A stretch of DNA of 64,000 nucleotides from positions 496,001 through 560,000 of the forward strand of contig AP026130.1 of NCBI GenBank assembly GCA_030295235.1, in the 5' to 3' direction. The DNA comes from Fistulifera solaris. Taxonomy: Eukaryota. The notes under the pieces were generated by a model that ran no database searches, had not been told where the DNA came from, and was given only the letters and a program-made list of their open reading frames with translations. Below are positions 59,698 to 64,000 of this stretch, in pieces. How positions within the stretch are numbered: position 1 is the stretch's first letter; every line of letters begins with the position of its first letter. The position numbers and the translations under genes were made by a program.

Positions 59698-60889
59698 ATG
59701 GGCTTCTTAGAAAAACTCTTTCATTTTGGCAACAGCCATCAACAAGGTGAAAAGGGCGGTGACTATCACAATCACTGCCCCATTGTGACCTTATTCTTTG
59801 ATACAACCAACCGCCGGACGATCGCCGTCTTGTCGAAACGCAAGGAAAGCTTGGACGTTTATTTCATGTGTCGTGTAGCACAAGGAACTGCTTATGAGAA
59901 ATCACCCTTTACTACGAACTCCATGGTTATATTCGAGAGAATCTGGTGAAAATTTGTCGCCATGAAGGCTTCTTTCCGGAAGCGATTGCTATCGCTGTGG
60001 GGGCGCTGGCCGCCTCGGATGCTTCGCAGAAAGAGGAATTGACGCGGCTTCGTACAGAACAAATGCGATCGAAACACCAACAGCATTATGACGAGGCTCT
60101 TTTCGAGAACGCTTTGGAAATAGCACGACTGCATCGACTTTCCAGCGATCTGGATGTTTTGGATGTGTACTGTATGCGGCAAGCGAGTAAAGTTCTCGGA
60201 CGAGTCGCTGCGCGGATCGCTAGGAGCAAAATGCTTTCGTTGAAGTTACATGTCACCCCTTTCGTAGACGGTGTGCTTCTTTCTGGATACTCTACGTTTA
60301 TGAGATCTCCTCATGCGTCGCTGATACGAGTTTCAGAGACGGGGAGATTAATGGAATATCAAAGATGCAGCGATATTCATCTGGAATCGACAGAAACCGA
60401 TGGGTCGTTCTCACCATCGACATCCAATTCGAGCTTTTCGTGGAAGTGTGAGGAAATTGCCTTGGCGAATCTTCACAAATGGTGGGGTGATATTGTTGTA
60501 CGTGACTACGTGGGTCATAAACTGGTTGTTTCTTGGACATTGGACCCGTTGTCGGCCGATGCCTCGAACATCAAGCCCCAGACCATTGCAATCGCGACGG
60601 TCCGGATCGATGATTGTCCTGGACACGGTAGACATCACTATAAGGCACCGCATGTAGATGTAGCATTGGACATTCGCGGCACGACCAAGGAGGAATTCGG
60701 CGTAGCCTTTTCCACCGAAGGAACATCGGTCTTGACAAGAGTGGATCTGAGTTTTTGGCCTTGGTACGAGTATCGGCTCGGTCCGTCGTGACTCAACTGG
60801 AGCAATCGTACAATCAACAACTTTTACGACCCCTTCTCGATCACGAAGTCCAGTATCTTGAAACGATCAAGGCCGCTTGTGCACTGTAG
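59698..60889 (+). CDS. Hypothetical protein; probable frameshifts near 59908-59910 and 60752-60756
   Basis: Three consecutive frames join with single-T insertions; LDVLDVYCMRQASK is weakly F-box-like. Confidence 0.5.
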
Positions 60890-60957
60890 AGCACGCAATT
60901 AACAATAGATAGAAATGATCTGACTAAGAAAAGAATCAGGTTTTTTCTCGTTATTAT

Positions 60958-61878
60958 TTACAATAGTATACAAGATTCACGATCCTGCCGGTCGATCCGC
61001 TCCAACCGTGCTCGCGCTACGGCCACCCAATCGGTGTGCCAGACTTCGGGAAAGTCCCCCACCGGGATGTAACGGACTTGATCCGGCAAGATCCGCCAAT
61101 GCGTGAAATTCCCACACAATCCGTGACACGCCCAGGTCACGGTCCCAAATTGCATTGGGGAGGATTGATACCGATACATGGGATGCGGAATTCGTTGGGT
61201 TGTATGACAATTCAGGCATTCGTACAGCAAGGCACATTGACGACCCAAGAAACAGGCATCACAGATGGCATCTTCCTCGACGAGATGGTCTTTGATTTGA
61301 TGACAAATCCGACAGGTTCCGGCTGCCGATACGGTCGTAATGACTTCTGCTTTGATCACCAACCAAGACCGACAACGAGGGCACTTTCCGACACGGGATG
61401 TCCCATCGGAAGTAGGATGCGACAGCAGTAGGATACAGGATGTACAAATTTGCACCGTGCTGGTAGCTTTGTCACAACACGGTAATCTGGCAAAGACAAC
61501 GTCTTCTTCTAAGCAAACTGCGCAAGACGATGTATTCTTCTCGGCGTGAGGACTGGTAGGATTATTCGGTATTGTGTTGGCGCCTTTCGGGGACATCTTT
61601 CTGCCACTGGGAATGTCATTTTCCGTTCCGCACAAGTTCAAATAATCCAATTCTTGCGGTAATGCAATGAGCGATTGCTGCTGTTCCTCATATTGTGAAT
61701 GGACGCCTTCCACATAATTGACACAACCATCCATCGAATCCAGTAAAGCATCGTTGCAATCAACCAAATGTTCGGGGACGACTAACGCATCGTCATTGGT
61801 GGCTGGAGTAATAGTAGCATCATTATTGATAGGATCTTGATGACTCTGCGGTTGTTCCTCGTGTGGCTCGTCTGACAT
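60958..61878 (-). CDS. RING-like/Cys-rich zinc-finger protein
   Basis: CAVC...LPCC...ICTSC...KCPRCR, followed by CRIC, CDAC, CLNC and WACHGLC. Confidence 0.75.
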   Translation of the reverse strand: MSDEPHEEQPQSHQDPINNDATITPATNDDALVVPEHLVDCNDALLDSMDGCVNYVEGVHSQYEEQQQSLIALPQELDYLNLCGTENDIPSGRKMSPKGANTIPNNPTSPHAEKNTSSCAVCLEEDVVFARLPCCDKATSTVQICTSCILLLSHPTSDGTSRVGKCPRCRSWLVIKAEVITTVSAAGTCRICHQIKDHLVEEDAICDACFLGRQCALLYECLNCHTTQRIPHPMYRYQSSPMQFGTVTWACHGLCGNFTHWRILPDQVRYIPVGDFPEVWHTDWVAVARARLERIDRQDRESCILL

Positions 61879-62080
61879 TGTCGTAATTTCTTGCTAGGTC
61901 TAGAGATGTCTTGATAGAAAAACAAAAACAGTTACTTTGAGTGACGGGGATCGCTTCGCTTTTCGTTTTGTTGGGGTGTCAATGACACGTGCTATCGTGC
62001 TGTTGAGGAGGAGGGATCTCGTCCGTTGTCGCGCCGGAAGTGGACGAAACGAGGAGGCGGGCGCGCGCGTGCGGCAGCCA

Positions 62081-62088
62081 ATTCCCGC
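62081..62088 (+). promoter_or_regulatory. Candidate E2F site upstream of MSH6
   Basis: ATTCCCGC matches the WTTSSCSS consensus, within a CG-rich patch about 210 bp upstream of the ATG of an S-phase gene. Confidence 0.35.
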
Positions 62089-62295
62089 CAGCGCGCGCGG
62101 CTGCGAAGGATGGAGGAAAAACAATTGAAGGAGAAAAAAAAAAAGATCATTGCAGCTCGCATCATTCTATTTTTGACATTGCCTTTCGATCTTTATTGTG
62201 AAGCAAATCGTCTTTTATAGTCTTTTTCACTTCACAGAAGGAAAGAAGAGAAGGCCTTGCTTTTGCGTAAACCTTTTTCAAACTGCATTTTGATC

Positions 62296-64000
62296 ATGTC
62301 ATCGAAACCGTTGAAACAAGGAACGCTCTTTTCGTTTTTCAATAAACCCCAACCTCCTGCCGCACCCGCAGTACCCGCAGTACCGAAACCCAAGGAAGCA
62401 CCAGTCGCTACAAAAGCGGTGAAAATAGGAGATCGTATTGAAGTATACTGGAAAGACGATCAAGAATATTACGCCGCGACGGTCACACAACAACGTCAGG
62501 CTTCCTTCTTTCTCGAGTACGACGATGGTCAAACGGAATGGTTGGATTTAGCACAGGAACAATTTCGCGTTTTTCCTCCTTCAAAACAACGAAGATCGAT
62601 TCGAGATGATGACGAAGAAGCGGAATTTGATGGGACTTTGGAAGAAGAATCCGACGATGGATCGGTTTACGAAGACAAAGAGGATCCGAAAGATGATCTA
62701 TCCGAAGAAGACAAATGGCTCGTTTCGGATGAAGAAGAAGAAGAGCGGCCCAAAAAGAAACTCAAAGTGACGAAACATAAAGCAACTCCCGAGTTGAAAA
62801 CACCTTCGGCACGCAAAACGACGGCTTTGAGTCAATTTGGGCACACACCCAAGAGTGTCATTACACCGTCTTCCCAATTCTCTCCTCCAGTCGTACCTAC
62901 ACCTCTGGCAGCAACGACCACTACTACTGCAAACAAAACCGCGGCAACTTCTACGACGAACGAAAACAACAAAGTCACGCCCTTTGTGAAAGACGCGGTC
63001 AACCCCGCGGGGAGTCATGTGCACAATCATTTGCCCTTTTGCAGAATCCGCGTGATTTGCAAAAGCGATCCACGGACGACCCTCAGTACGATCCGCGAAC
63101 TTTGCTCGTGGTCGAGCGGGATTGGGTCAAAGTCATGGGCAAGGAAATGACGGACGCGGTGAAACAATGGTGGGACTTGAAATCGCAATACTTTGATACC
63201 GTTCTGTTGTTCAAAACCGGTAAGTCGTTCGGGGGTCTTGTTTGAAGAAAATGGTCGTCCGTCTCACGCTCCTCGAAAACAGGCAAATTTTATGAAATGT
63301 TTCACATGGGTAAGTGTTAATGGGGAGGTCGCTGACAGGACGTTCCGTGTTGAATACTGATCCTTTCCTTTTCATATATTCTTCTAGACGCGGACGTCGG
63401 TGTCCAGGTGCTCGGATTGCTGTACATGAAAGGTATCGTGGCGCATGCGGGGTTCCCCGAAATTTCCTACGGGACCATGGCGGACAAATTAGTCCGTGCG
63501 GGGTACAAAGTAGCCCGTGTGGAACAAACCGAGACCCCGGAGCAATTGAAAGTTCGCAAGTCGCAACACAAGAAGACCAATGGTCCGTCCCCCAAAGTTG
63601 TCAACCGTGAGGTATGCTCGGTGATGACTTTGGGCACTCGTACGTTTTGCTACCTTGATGACGGAAAGGATGTCCTGGACGAAGGCGGCGCGGTCGGGCC
63701 GTTGCTCGCCATTCGTGAGATTTTGATCGATCATGACGTGGAGGGGGAGACCGATGAGGTCCGACCTGTTTGCGAGTATGGTATTACCGCGATTGATGCT
63801 GTACGTGGTGTGGTAACCATTGGTCAGTTCGCGGATGACGTTCTGCGAAGTCGTATGAATACACTTTTGGCCGCGCTGGCTCCGTCTGAGGTGCTTTTGC
63901 AAGCCGGCGCAGATGGAGCCTCTCCTGTACTGGAGTCACTGATCAAAACGCATCAAAGCATGTGCCCGCATCCATTTCGAGTGGAGAAAATCAGGGCAGA
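62296..64000 (+). CDS. MSH6: DNA mismatch repair protein MSH6, 3'-truncated by the window; introns 63220-63282 and 63310-63387, frameshift 63037-63040
   Basis: PIP box KQGTLFSFF; Tudor GDRIEVYW..D..YY.A.V...YDDG..[57 protein letters not shown]. Confidence 0.95.

Noticed and set aside
63030..63045. MSH6 frameshift as the cause of a mutator phenotype producing the other indels
   Set aside because: Cannot be separated from the same error mode, and real loss of TBP and Timeless frames would be hard to tolerate

Overview
Gene-dense eukaryotic nuclear DNA, most likely from a pennate diatom or related ochrophyte. This inference rests on short GT-AG introns (about 55-130 nt), several proteins with a signal peptide plus F/W bipartite plastid presequence, and a nuclear Ycf34. 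About 35 protein-coding genes are supportable. Recognisable ones include LAMTOR4-like, an MPR1-type GNAT, Ycf34, eIF1A, RPS8, ATG3, mTERF, a GT4, a D27-like carotene isomerase, a 5'-nucleotidase, SPPL, WrbA, a JmjC protein, golgin-84, TMEM144-like, Timeless, cereblon, cystinosin, a PH-PP2C fusion, TBP, COX17 (missed by the ORF track), fibrillin, NDUFAF3/Mth938, a hemerythrin-like protein and MSH6 (runs off the window end). More than 20 single-base frameshifts fall in short homopolymers, including in TBP, Timeless and MSH6, which most likely reflects consensus sequencing error; gene models below are frameshift-corrected by eye. The most unusual structure is a non-coding head-to-tail dimer of a ~1215-bp element (49108-51536), 125 bp upstream of TBP. 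It has asymmetric 31-32-bp terminal inverted repeats, abutted CCC|GGG ends, no target-site duplication, GNA/GAAA-loop hairpins and clustered subterminal TTTTGGA motifs. No rRNA, tRNA or CRISPR array was recognised. All family assignments come from remembered motifs, not database searches.
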